Shown: one piece after another, positions 42,091 through 54,838 of the stretch
How positions within the stretch are numbered: the stretch's first letter is position 1
Layout of the letters: each line of letters starts with the position of its first letter
NCBI GenBank assembly: GCA_002104945.1
Contig: MCFH01000038.1
Coordinates: forward strand, 372,001 to 436,000
DNA: 64,000 nucleotides
Reading direction: 5' to 3'
From: Piromyces finnis finn
Taxonomy: Eukaryota > Fungi > Neocallimastigomycota
The notes under the pieces: generated by a model
Seen by the model: only the letters and a program-made list of their open reading frames with translations
The model's database searches: none
Told to the model about the DNA's origin: nothing
Translations under genes and position numbers: made by a program

Positions 42091-45000
42091 TTTATTCTTT
42101 TATTAAAATAAATATTTATAACTAAATTATTAAATAATTTTTAGATTATATGGAACATCGCTATTTGATATTGAATCCTCTCTTTATATGGATGATTCAA
42201 TTTTCGAGAATATCTCCACCTATTATAAGCCAATTTTTCAAATTAGTTATAAAGATATTTTATTTAAAAATATTGATATGAAAAATATTAATATTTATTG
42301 TGATGTAAATGAATGTAATTTATTTTCTATAGAAATGGGTGAATTTGTTTTTAACAAAAAAAAAATTATTTTTAACAACGTTAATATAACAAACATTCAA
42401 TCAAATAGTAATATCTTTCAATTTAGTGGAAATTCACTTCATATGGAATTTGATAATTTAAAAATCGAAAATTCAGTTTCATATGGTTCTCTTTTGAAGT
42501 ATATTTCCAAAAATGTAAATATATTTTTATTTTTTTTTTTTTACTCTTTTAATATGTATATATTTATGTAAATTATACTCTAACTATGCGTTATTTTTAT
42601 AATTTATTTTATAAAAAGACAAAAATATACTTTAGAAACTCGAAAATATACAATAGTAGGAATTATAATAAATTTGATAATGGTTTAGTTATTATTAAAA
42701 ACAATATCGATGTTGAAATTATTAATTCTGAATTTATTAATAATGAATCATACTCATCAGGAATCCTGTAAATAATAATAATTATATAAAAGTTTTATCA
42801 TAAAATCTGTATATTTAAAATAGTATTTATTAAAACAACGTATCTATTAGATTATTGAAGATTTCTCATATGCATTTTATTTTTTATATATATTTTATAA
42901 ATAGATTTTTTGATGAAATTGAAAATTTTAATATCATTATAAAAAATTCAAAATTTAATAAAAACCATTGTTATAACAATGGTGGGGTTATAAATTTAAT
43001 TGATAATATTAATTCACCAAAAGATTATACAAAATTAATTGATATTGACAATTCGATATTTGATAATAATAAGGCTAATTATTTTGGAGGTTTATTATAT
43101 GCAAATGTATATTATCCATTTAAACTAAATATGACAAATAGTAGAATATCAAATAACCATGCAGGAGTAGCTGGTGGATTTATATTTTTCGAACAAATTA
43201 ATAATAGAATAAAAGATATTTCACTTTTTGTAAAAGATAAAAAATATAACAATACCATTCAAAATAATACGGCAACATCACATGGAGATGAGTTTGCAAC
43301 ACACCCATCAAAATTTATTTTAAGTGATAATGACAATACTGAAATTTATTCAGGTGGATTTATTTCTTTAACTCTGGAACTCCAAGATGATTTTGGAAAT
43401 AGAGTCAATGATTCTGAGAAAATTTATTCGGATATAGGAGTTCAAACTGAATTGTACGATACTCAAAATGAAAAGGTTAAAGATTATTTTATTTCTAATA
43501 TTGATAATATTTTTTATAATGGTAATTACAGTATTATTTAATATTAATTATTGGGTTGTTTTTTTTAAAAAAAACAATTTCTATAAAGCAATTAATAATT
43601 ATACTTTAATATGGTTTTCTTTTTTTAATACCTTTTTTATTTTTTATCCTATAATTTTTTTTATTAAAATATATATATATATATATATATGATTCAGGGT
43701 TAAATAAAATTAATTCAATAAAAATATTAATAGATAAACCCGAAATCTATTATATACTTTTTAAATCTCAAATTAATTATTTTGATTTTTCAAAAACGAT
43801 ATCAACGGGTTTTAAAATAAAAATTAATGATTGTGAACCAGATAAAAGTTATAAATTATATAAAATAAGGGAATTATTCTATTGTGAAGATCCAATATGT
43901 GATAGAAAATGTGATGTAAAAAATAAATATTTCAAATGTGTTAAAGGTAATAGCAACAATAATAATACAGAAAATATTAACAATCCTCTATATAATACAT
44001 GCAGTTGTATTACTGGAAGAGCAGGTTCAGATTGTCAGCAAAAAGTTTTTTATGATACTAAGTATATATTAATTATAGCAACAATTTTTTTTTTCAATAT
44101 TAAATTAAACTATATATAATAACATTTCATTGTATAATTTTTATTTTATTAATAATAGAAATTTCGAATCAGGTGTACTAGTAACAACAATTATAATTGA
44201 AATCATTATGACGTTAATATTTATTATAACATTTGCATTTTTTAGAAATTATAAAGTTATAAAAGATTTTGGAAAATCTTCATTAATATTTATAACCATA
44301 GGATGTATTTTAAAAATTTTTAATAATTTATTTTTAATATCAGACAAGAAAATGAATTGCAGTTTAAATATGATAACATCATATATTGGATTTGCGTTAG
44401 TATATATAGCCTTTATAAAGAAAATAATAATCTCTTTAAATTTTTCTATAAAGTTTAATCTATCAATTGAAGATAATATTATCATGAGTAATGTTTTTAC
44501 ATACGAACTTTATGAAAAACTATTTAAAGAAACAAGAGAATTATCCAATTCTATTTTTAACATAGGTAAGTGTTTATAAAAATTGAAGAAAAAAATAAAG
44601 AAAAATTCAAAAAAAAAAAAAAAAGAAGAAAAAAAATTTTTTGAATTTTCATTCAAAAAATATAAATTATATTTTATTTTATTAATTAAAATATTATTTT
44701 AACATTAGGTAATACCAAAAAATATGTCAATAAATTTTATATATCAAGTAGAAATTTTGATAATCAAGTTGATGGAACTATGTCATTTCATATTTTAAAC
44801 AATAATGAACAAAATCCAATTAGAACTACTTTTAGTAGTTTGTTTAATATGCAAAGTCAAAAAAGTATAATGACTTACAAAAGAAGTAATACGTATAATG
44901 GAACTCTTTTTAAAATATATGCAAGAATTGTAATGATTTTGATGTTAATTGCTTTATTCTTAGTATTATGTATCATTTATATATTTTTCTATTCCATTAA

Positions 45001-45650
45001 TGATTTAAAAATAATCGAATTAAAAAGTGGAATGTACGCTTATAGATGTTCAAATCCAATATTTTCACTGATTATATATTTAGCTGAATTTGTATCCTTG
45101 TTATATGCTATTATAAAATATTCAAGTGTAAGAAAAACAAGATATATTTTTATTGATGTATATATAATTGGAATAATAATTCCTATATGGATTATTTTCG
45201 ACCCTACTATTAATGTAAGTTTTATTATTATTATTATTTTATTCTTTTACATTTTATAAATTAATAAGCACTGTAATAATAAAATTTCAAATTAAACCTA
45301 CTATATTTTAGATTATAGTACATAACCTTTTTAAAAATAATATTATCATTTCACACAATATTCAATTTTTATGTAATTCAGTATGTTATACCTTTATATT
45401 CATCAGTTATTATATATTGATATTTTATATTATATTAAAGAATGAAGGAAATAATAGAACATTTTATTTTATAAGCGTTCCCAAGGTAAAATGCAACGAT
45501 CATAATTCATATTCGTGTGAATGTGAAACCAAAAAAATAGTAAAATATACAGATGAAGAAATTCAAAGTATTAATGAATTTATTTTGAATTATAAAAAAT
45601 TATTTAATATGAAATATATTTTTAAAAATTATAAAAAAATATCTCAATAA
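40397..45650 (+). CDS. Class C-like GPCR with beta-helix ectodomain and EGF-like region, paralog 2 (tandem duplicate)
   Basis: Exon-by-exon similarity to 33861-39086: IDVSIPNEKY, LFDSCRFK, FENISTYYKPIFQISY, NNHAGVAGGFIFFEQIN, HGDEFATHPSKF, YCEDPICD, NYKVIKDFG, EGNNRTFYF, HNSYSCECE. Confidence 0.8.
41938..42087. repeat. Intronic compound (AATAAACAT)n/(AAT)n repeat in GPCR paralog 2
   Basis: Several AAACATAAT units grade into pure AAT units. Confidence 0.85.
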
Positions 45651-45691
45651 TAAAAGAAATGAGAATATATTTATATGGAAAATACAGAACA

Positions 45692-45723
<32 letters not shown>

Positions 45724-46553
45724 GAATTCTATTATATCATTTTTCTTTTAAAAATTAAAATTAATAATCAAAAATTTTTTTTAATTATATATGTTACATT
45801 GTTTATACATTTTAAAACTTCATGTAAAAACATAAAAGTCATAAAATAAATATTAACAAATAATTTATATATATATATTTTAAATATATTTTTCTTTATC
45901 ATTTTGTTCTATACAACTTTTTCTTTCTTTCTTTTTCTTTTAACTACAAAATAACTCTTCTATTAGAATAATCCTAATAGTAATTCTTATAAAAATATTG
46001 ACTATTAGGTGATTTGGCCCACCTAGTTTATTTTATTTTGAGTCTATAGATTTATCATTCCTTGATCAATGTATTTTAATGTAATTTATGTTTATTATTA
46101 TACACTTCTAATATAAAAACTGTATGAATTTAACCTTTTTTTTTATCAATTTGATTACATAATAATCGCTTTCTAATATTTATTTATTATGGTCAAAGAA
46201 TGATATTTTAATGTAAATGCCTTATATACCACTTTATATGTCACTTACTATATTAATTTCTTAAAAAGACCGTATCATATACATCTATACACTATACACA
46301 TTAACCATTTCTATAATATGCAATAATATTTTTATTATTATTATTACTATTATTATTATTATTTTTTTAATTAAATATTTTAAATAATTTTGTTTTTCTA
46401 TTTTTCTATTACTTATATATATAATAATTATTTGATAATATTGAATATAGTTATGTATATTTTTTATTATTATTAGCTTTCAGTTTTACAAAAGTATTTT
46501 ATCTATAAAATTTAATTTTTTTTATTATTTTTATTCTCTATTATAAGTTTATG

Positions 46554-49132
46554 TTATAGTGGGATTTTCTGAAAATCACCATTATTTGCATTTGCATTAG
46601 TATTAGTATTAATATTATTAATGTTTGTATTATTATTACTACTACTGCTACCATTATTATTAATGCTAATATTACAAACTGTTTCATTTATTACTTCATT
46701 ATAACTTGGAGGTAAATCTCTAATATTAATAACGTCATTGTTGAATGTATTAATATTATTTGACGACATTTCAATATTTATTGCATTAGTAAAACTTGAG
46801 TTAACATTATTATTTGAATATGAAGATTGTGTATTATTAGTATTAATACTATTACTTTCTGCATTATCAGACTTTAAGTTTACAGGTTGATTTGGTGCAG
46901 ATGACTGTAAAACAAATGCGTTTACTACATTATTTATCGGTATATTTTCAGATGTTCTATTTTCAAATATTATATTTTCATATGATGTATTTTCAGATGT
47001 TCTATTTTCAGTTACATTAATTATACTAGAATCGTTTAAAAATGATGTTGTTGAATTTTCTATATTCTCTTTCATTTTTACCATTTTAGTCTTTAAAAAC
47101 TTGTAATATTTCTTTAAAATTTTACGGCTACATAGTATTACAATTAAAGATACAAATAAAACAAATGAAATATATAAAAGTTTTTTTTTTAAATCATCTT
47201 GTATATTATATTTATCATTGTCAATGTCATCATCAAAATGATTGTTATTGTAATTTGTATATATACTATCATTAATTAAAATATTCAAAAATAGTTAGAT
47301 AAAAAATTTATTATTTCATTTATATATTACAATTGTTATTAATATTTTATAAAATGAAAGAAAAAAAAAAGGTACTTACAAATTTAAATTTGTTTTATTT
47401 GAAATCTCTTTAGGGATATAAGTATTAAATTCATTATTACTTACATCTCTATTTGTTAAAATATATAAAAAAATATTGAATACATTAATTTTTATGTAAA
47501 TAATCTTTAATAATACATTAATAATTTATATGAATATTTTTATATAAACAATACTTATAAATACCTCAATTCTGGTAAATTTCCAAGCTCTGAAGGAATT
47601 GTGCCACATAATTTATTTTTATTAAATGATCTATTAAAATTATTTTATTATATGAAATAGAAATTCGTAAAATATTTAATTAAACCTTATAAAATTTAGG
47701 ATAAACATTATATTTATAGAGTTACAATTCTTTTAAATTTGATAAATTTCCAAATTCTGGTGGAATTGAACCAGATAAAATGTTATTATCAAGGTATCTA
47801 TTTTTAAAATTGAATATTGTTAAAGCATTAAAAAAATTTTTTTTTAAAAAATTAAAATTAGTCTTTCTATAGAAAAAGAAAATATTTACAGTGTTTCTAG
47901 GTTTATTAAATTTCCAATTGAAGAGGGAATGGAACCTTCAAAATTATTATTTTTTAAGAGTCTTTTTTTTTTTTTTTAAATTTTTTAAATACAGTAATAA
48001 AATTAAAACATATTCTTTTAATATTGAAAATACTATATATAATATTAAAACTAAAATATGTACAATCTTTTTAATTTTGATAACTTTCCAATAGATGAAG
48101 GAATAGTTTCATTTAATTCATCTTCAATAATGTATCTATTTTTATTATTTATTTTTATATTTTTAAAAAAAGTAATAATAAAGAAAAGATTTTTTAATTT
48201 TTTAATTTTTTTTTTTAGATATAAATATATTTATAATAATAAAATTTACAATTCTTCCAAGTTTGGTAAGTTTCCAAGTTCAGGTGGAATTGAACCAGAT
48301 AAATGAAAATTACTAGAAAATTCTCTATTTGTCATTATTAATTTTATTCAGTTACAAGTAATTATTAATATTTTTGTTTTGTTTTATTTTTTTTAAATTA
48401 AGAAATAATAAAGTAAATATTTACAAAAATTTTAATTTTGAGAGATTTGCTACTGATGAGGGAATAGTACCCCTTAAGTTACAATTAACTATTGCTCTAT
48501 TATTTTTAAAATAAATGTTTTAAAATATATTTATATATTATATTTATATAAAGAATTTATTTATAATATATATATAAATCTTTACAAATGTTCCAAATTT
48601 GATAAATTTCCTATTTCGGGGGGAATCTCGGAGTCAAATAAAATATTATATATTTCTCTATTTTTTTTATTTATGTTTTTAAACATGTTAAATGGTGAAA
48701 ATAATAATAACAATATATATAATGTATAATGTATGAATATAAATATTACAAATATTTTAAATGTGATAAATCTCCAATTGTTGAAGGAATTTTATATATG
48801 TAATTCCCATAATTATTAAATTCGTTTAAAATTTTTTCCCTTATATAATAGTAATAATAATAAAATAAAACAAACAAACATATAAATAAATAAAAAAATT
48901 ATAAATATAATTTTTATATTATTATTTTATTAGATTTACTAAATATACTTTTACATACAATTTTATTGACTCAATAAAGCCATTTTTACATGTGATTCCT
49001 TTTATTAAGCAACAATCATCAAATTGAGATTTATTTAAAAGAGTATTTATTGGCTTACAATCATCAATAACTACGGAATATATTAGTTTTACAGTAGTAA
49101 CTAAATAAAAAAAATAAATTAAATTTATTCAT
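46554..49132 (-). CDS. Leucine-rich-repeat receptor-like membrane protein (plant-type LRRs, one TM, N-rich tail with PPSY motif); may carry a frameshift
   Basis: N-cap exon DDCKPINTLL..DDCC..GITC. Nine phase-2 exons, mostly 72 nt (range 69-90), each one LRR, e.g. NNILSGSIPPEFGNLSNLKEL and NNFEGSIPSSIGNLINLETL. The last exon 46554-47265 carries TM LLYISFVLFVSLIVILCS and DLPPSYNEVI. The signal peptide needs a 1-nt change in a T8 run. Confidence 0.75.
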
Positions 49133-49604
49133 TTCTTTTCTTTTTTAATAATAATTTCTTTTCATCTCTTGTTTTTATATAAAATATATAAAATAACAAG
49201 AAAATAGTAAAAAAGTAAAAAAAAAAAACAAAATTCTAAAATGTTACACAAAACTATAAATAATTTTTTTTATATTATTAAAAAGGTAGCACAAAAATTT
49301 GGTTGGATATTGATAATTAAAAAATTAAATATAAAAACAATATAAATTTAATTTTTAATTTATTTTTAAAATTTTATGAATTTATTAATTATGTGTTCTA
49401 CTTTAAAGGAAATGTATTTATTGTTTAAAAAACAATAAATAGAATAAGATAGCAACTATTAGGATTTAATTATATTTACATTTACATTATTGATAATATA
49501 TATACATTATATTTATACTAGTTTAATTAATAGTTAATAGATAAATGGCTTTTATTATGAAAATTAAAAGAAAAAAAAGCATGTATATATTCATTCATAT
49601 ATAT

Positions 49605-52600
49605 TTATTCATTACTTGATGTCATATATTCTGATAAGATAATATCCAAATCAACTGGACGAATATATTTAACACCATCAATACATTTATAAGGTAAATA
49701 CGATACAAAAGCAATATCCCCTTCAGAAAGTTCATTAACAGATTTCACAAGATTACCATTCCTAGATTGAACATGAAGTTTTATTAAATTGTATAGACTA
49801 TCCTTTAATGGATTAATGTAATAATAGAAAATACCATTCATTAGTCTTTTAGTATTTTCAATACGAACGCAGGAACCATCCTTTGTTAATGGAGTATCTA
49901 CCCAAATAAATTCGTTTGTTTTACAATCAAATATAACAGGAATAGTGGAAGTACTATTGGAATTAAGATCCAATTTTTGCTTTACTGTCTTTGGCTCAAA
50001 GAATTCATTGCTATTTAAATCACTTCTTTCCATCCATCCAAATTTACAATTTTCAAGATTTTTAAATTTTACCCCACTGTAAGAAATAACACTAACAGCT
50101 ATATACCGAGCACCACAAATAAAAACTTGTTTAGGGTCAAAATCAATAAACTCAGCAGCACCATTACCATTCACGTCTCCTCCATTTATAAAATCACCAG
50201 AATGATAAATTTTAAATCTACTATTACTTAAATTATTAAATGAAACATGCCCTAAATCTACCAAGTTTTCATTATAAATAATAATTGAAAGATCAATATC
50301 AATTATTCTTGTTTTAGTATTTGTCCACCAAATAAATAATCGAATTTTATTGAGGGTTTCCTTTTTTATGTTATTTTTATGTATTTCAATATATTCTAAA
50401 GAATTTTCAATTTTTTGATTAAACATTTCTATGTCTCTGTCTAGACTTTTAATATTTTCAGCAATACAGTATTTTTCAAATTCATTAGCAGATTCTCTAA
50501 TGCTGTTAAGTTGATCATTCCATTCTTGTTTTTTGTGGTTAATTTCATCTATTTTATTTCTATAGACCGAGATTTTGTAATTATTTTCTTCTATAATATT
50601 TTCTAATTCTTCATCTGTCAATTTCTTGTAGGAAATGTCAAAACGAGAACCCTTGATGTAAGTTTCTAATGTACTGTTGGAACTTCTTACATCAAGAGGA
50701 ATTACTTGCTTTTTTAGATCTTCACTAATATAGACATTATTCATTTTTGGCTTATTTTCAAAATGATTCATCAATGCCATATCACATATGTTACATATTT
50801 TCTCACATAATTCCAAATCTAGTTTTCCTTTTACACGGTTTTTTATATACATTTTAGGAGTGGTTCCTTTAATCAAAAATACTCTAAGTCTTAATTTTTC
50901 ACTACGTTTTTGGAAATATCCTTTCAAACTGAGTAAAACCTTAACAGAAACTTTTGATGCAATTTGTTCAAAAATTTCAAGAGTCTTTTTATGATCACCA
51001 ATTTTAACTAAAAGTTCATCAAGCTTTCTTGCAAAAATACCAGGTCTTTGAGCTAAAAGTGTTAAAGCTTGATCATACTTTTTCTTATCTAATAAATTAT
51101 TAACACGATACATATATCCTTGGAAGGGATGAGTTTCTTTATAATTTTTGATTTTTTCGTTTAATTCTGAAAGTTTTACATGGTATTCTTTTTGAATTTC
51201 ATTTAGAGAATCTATATCAAATTTATTTTTACAAAGAAGGGAATGATTGTTATAGACTAAATCTAAATTTTTATTTACTTCTTCACCAAGATCAAGTTGT
51301 TTTGCTTCTTCAATGGTTTTATTGATAGCCATATTATCATATAAACTTATAATTCTTGGACATCTTTTATAGGATATATATAAATCCTTTATAGTTCTAA
51401 TAGTATTAGATTTTTTTTGAATATCCTTTTTAACACGAACATATTTATAGGAACCAACCATATCATCTACTAGATCTGGATAAAACTTAGAAAAACTCTT
51501 TGGATGAATTCTTTCACATACCCTTTCCCACAAAATTTTATGTTTATGAAAGTCTTCTACTCTATTTTGACAATTATTTAATAAAGCCATAATCATTCTC
51601 CTTTCTTTGTTTGAAAAAGATTTAAATTTTTTCATTTTATTACAGTTGAAATTGCTTACTAATACTTCTTTCTTTTCTAAGGTAGCGCTTTTTCCCGACA
51701 TTACAGCAACTAATCTTAATACATCAGTGACTGTTTTAAAGTATGGAATAATCCTTTCTATTGGTAGGTCCTTATTATTCGTTAAAACCAAATTAATAAT
51801 TATTGCGAGATTTTCTTTATTTGGAAAACTTTCTGGTAAAGTATCCATATATTTTTCATAATATGTAAAATAATATTTTATATCCTGGATATCTTTTTGA
51901 GAAATTGATTCTGCAGCACTCATTAAATTTTTCATTATTTCATGAAGATCTTCTTCTTTTCCTATAGTAACATTTTTATAGACAACATCAATAGGTTCAT
52001 GTTTTCTTACCAAATTGACATTTTGAACATTTGTTTCTCTTAACCAGTAATATACTATATCATCAATTATATTTGTACAATACTTTACTTCAATAATATC
52101 TATTGGAAAGTTTGGGAATTTAGGTCTATAAGATTTATTATGACTTCCCACATTTTCTTTTAATGTTGGAATAATAAAATCATATAAACCTTTAACTTTT
52201 TCCTTTGATAAACAAGCAACAATATTAAACAATTTTTCATCCATATGATAGCCATAATTTTTCATTTCCTCATTCAAAGTTAATGCAAGTGTCATACGAC
52301 GTTTGATTTTCTTTGTTTCTTTTATCATAATCGTATGGAGTTTTTCGAAATCAATTGATAAATCTTTTATACTTTTATTTTTGTCTAAGAATGAGTAATC
52401 TTCTTTATTCGTAAATTCAATTAAGGTATTATCAACCTTAATTGTAACAGAAAACTTATCACATTGTTCAATTTTACAATGGTCCTTAAGTTCTTTGGTT
52501 CTGGAAATATGTTTCTCAACAGCATTTTCATAAATTTTATTGATATTAGCTTTATCATCAACATCAATAATAACCTTGTTTCTTCTCAAAAATAAAATTT

Positions 52601-52634
52601 TTTGTAATTTAGTGTGTAAGGAACTGTTGTTCAT
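49605..52634 (-). CDS. Intronless 1009-aa bacterial-like protein: large alpha-helical region plus C-terminal TerD-like domain
   Basis: Single open ORF. Motifs FKTVTDVLRL, FKSFSNKERR, ERIHP, LLAQRPGIFARKLDELL and the TerD-like IDIDLS...HSGDFINGG...AAEFIDFD...FEPKTVKQKLDL...IPVIFDC...IWVD match my recollection of a family of ~700-850-aa bacterial TerD-associated proteins. Confidence 0.8.
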   Translation of the reverse strand: MNNSSLHTKLQKILFLRRNKVIIDVDDKANINKIYENAVEKHISRTKELKDHCKIEQCDKFSVTIKVDNTLIEFTNKEDYSFLDKNKSIKDLSIDFEKLHTIMIKETKKIKRRMTLALTLNEEMKNYGYHMDEKLFNIVACLSKEKVKGLYDFIIPTLKENVGSHNKSYRPKFPNFPIDIIEVKYCTNIIDDIVYYWLRETNVQNVNLVRKHEPIDVVYKNVTIGKEEDLHEIMKNLMSAAESISQKDIQDIKYYFTYYEKYMDTLPESFPNKENLAIIINLVLTNNKDLPIERIIPYFKTVTDVLRLVAVMSGKSATLEKKEVLVSNFNCNKMKKFKSFSNKERRMIMALLNNCQNRVEDFHKHKILWERVCERIHPKSFSKFYPDLVDDMVGSYKYVRVKKDIQKKSNTIRTIKDLYISYKRCPRIISLYDNMAINKTIEEAKQLDLGEEVNKNLDLVYNNHSLLCKNKFDIDSLNEIQKEYHVKLSELNEKIKNYKETHPFQGYMYRVNNLLDKKKYDQALTLLAQRPGIFARKLDELLVKIGDHKKTLEIFEQIASKVSVKVLLSLKGYFQKRSEKLRLRVFLIKGTTPKMYIKNRVKGKLDLELCEKICNICDMALMNHFENKPKMNNVYISEDLKKQVIPLDVRSSNSTLETYIKGSRFDISYKKLTDEELENIIEENNYKISVYRNKIDEINHKKQEWNDQLNSIRESANEFEKYCIAENIKSLDRDIEMFNQKIENSLEYIEIHKNNIKKETLNKIRLFIWWTNTKTRIIDIDLSIIIYNENLVDLGHVSFNNLSNSRFKIYHSGDFINGGDVNGNGAAEFIDFDPKQVFICGARYIAVSVISYSGVKFKNLENCKFGWMERSDLNSNEFFEPKTVKQKLDLNSNSTSTIPVIFDCKTNEFIWVDTPLTKDGSCVRIENTKRLMNGIFYYYINPLKDSLYNLIKLHVQSRNGNLVKSVNELSEGDIAFVSYLPYKCIDGVKYIRPVDLDIILSEYMTSSNE

Positions 52635-53107
52635 AATGGAAAATTTATATAAAATGAAAGTAATGATAAAATATTATATAGAATAGTAAAGTTTTTTTTG
52701 GTTACTATTGATGTATAATAATAATATCAATATCAATAAAATTGAGATTGAAACTATTGATGAAATGTGCTACATAATGGTGAAGGAATATACCTTTTAT
52801 ATAAAAAAATTACTAGATAGTTCTTATAATCATTTTTTTAAGTAACTTGATTATTATAGTTTTATTTTTCATAATAAAATACTAATTTAAATTTATTCTG
52901 AACCACCATCATAGTTTAATATAATATGGTTTAGTTAAAAAATAATTTTTTTTATAATAATTAACATTATTAAGTTAATGAACCATTTAATTAATAGGTC
53001 TTTATTATAATTGTCACAATACCATCATTATCATCATCATTGTTATATTTAAGTATTTAAAACTTTTATTTATAAAATCAAAAAATTAAAAAAACAAAAA
53101 TCAAAAA

Positions 53108-53145
<38 letters not shown>

Positions 53146-53620
53146 ATTAATCAATAAATTTTAATTGTTAAATTAATTATAAAAGAAATTAATGTAAATA
53201 TTTTTAAAGATTCTTATATTATAATATTTTATTATTATCATTATTATTATTTTTGCTTTATTTTAATTATAATTTTTACTAAATGTGTATTTGTATAAAA
53301 AATAACAATAATTATTTTAAATAATTTTCTTATAAAATAAATAAAAATTACAGAATTTTATTTTTTTTTTATTTTTAATATTTTTAAATAAAATTGAATA
53401 TATTTTAAATAGATAATATTTTTTGGATTTTCTACGCTATAGATAAATGAATAATTACTATAGTACATATAGATTTGATAAATAATGACGATATCTAATA
53501 ATTAAATAGCATATTAAAGAATATCATATAATTAAATTATTAATAATTTCAAATATTTAAATATAAATAATATTATTAATTATTTTTTATATGCTTTATC
53601 CTTTTTTTTTTTTTACTTTC

Positions 53621-54695
53621 TTAAAAAGAAAATTCTTTTTTAAGTGGTAAACTTAATACAAGTTCAGATTTATCTTTTTTCCATTTTGCATTTCCTTCAT
53701 TTTCGAGTATAGGTTTTGGTAATGGTAAATTTAAAAGACTAGTATTTCAAATTAGATATAAAAAGAAAAAATTTAAAATAAAATTCAAATAATTTTGTTA
53801 TTAAGGAATGGTTCGTAAAACTTTGTAAATAATTATTAATATAATAAAAAATGTAATATACTAACTATGTTGAAGTTCTGACATCAATTTTATTTTCATA
53901 AACAGTTAAATCAATATCAGAAATCTTTTTAACACCCGGTAATTGAATTGTAATTACCATTTCATCACAATCATGAAAACCTGGAGTTTTACCACTCATA
54001 CCCAGATATATATCTTCTGTAGTTACTTTTTGTCTATAAATTATATCATATCTTTGATAATTATTTTTATTATTATTATATACAAATACATATATAATAG
54101 AGGAAAAAAAAAAAAGATATGAAAATATTTAAAATATAAATTATTATTAGGATTAGTATTTAATTAATTATAAATAAAATTAAATTACTTTTATTAAAAC
54201 GTCAGTAAACCTACTCTGGTTCTGTTCTTGGATCTTCCTCAATGTATACTTCATCTATATCTTCATCATCCCATATATCATTCTTATTCTTTTTTTTATT
54301 ATTTTGATGATGCTCATTTACAATATCTTCAACAGTAGTTGTTTTCTTTTTTTTATCACCAATTAAACCAGGAGTAAATTTTGATTCTTCTTCCTTTAAA
54401 TTTTTATTATTATCATTTATGAAAAAATTTAAATAAATATATATATATATATTTAAATATAGGTTATAAGATTATTAATATAAATAATATATTTAGTCTT
54501 TATTGATTTATATCTTCTTCATTTTTTTTTTTTTTATCAATTTTTATTATATCAACTACATTTAAAAATACATTTTAATTATATTTATTATTAAGTATAT
54601 CGTGGTATCAATATTACTTTGTATTTCTTTTCAGCTTGATTTTCACTTTCTTTTAATAAATTAGATAAAGCTAAAATTGAAGAACCTCCATTCAT
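53621..54695 (-). CDS. DNAAF6: Dynein axonemal assembly factor 6 (PIH1D3/Twister) homolog
   Basis: The spliced product includes SSILALSNLL, IWDDEDI..EEDPRTEPEYDIIYRQKVTTEDIYLGMSGKTP...MVITIQLP...DVRTSTYLLNLPLPKPI...GNAKW...LVLSLPL, the CS/PIH1 C-terminal pattern. Confidence 0.85.
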
Positions 54696-54807
54696 TTTGA
54701 AATTTTAATATTAAATATAAATTTATATATTTTATTCTTTTTTTGATATATGAATATATTATAATTCCTTCTTTATTTTATCAAAATTGAATTATATTTT
54801 ATTATTA

Positions 54808-54838
<31 letters not shown>

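Noticed and set aside
49605-52634. Bacterial contamination as the explanation for the intronless TerD-like ORF
   Set aside because: The gene is very AT-rich, has poly(A/T)-rich fungal-style flanks, lacks operon neighbours and sits between spliced genes. Contamination is unlikely but not formally excluded without reads.
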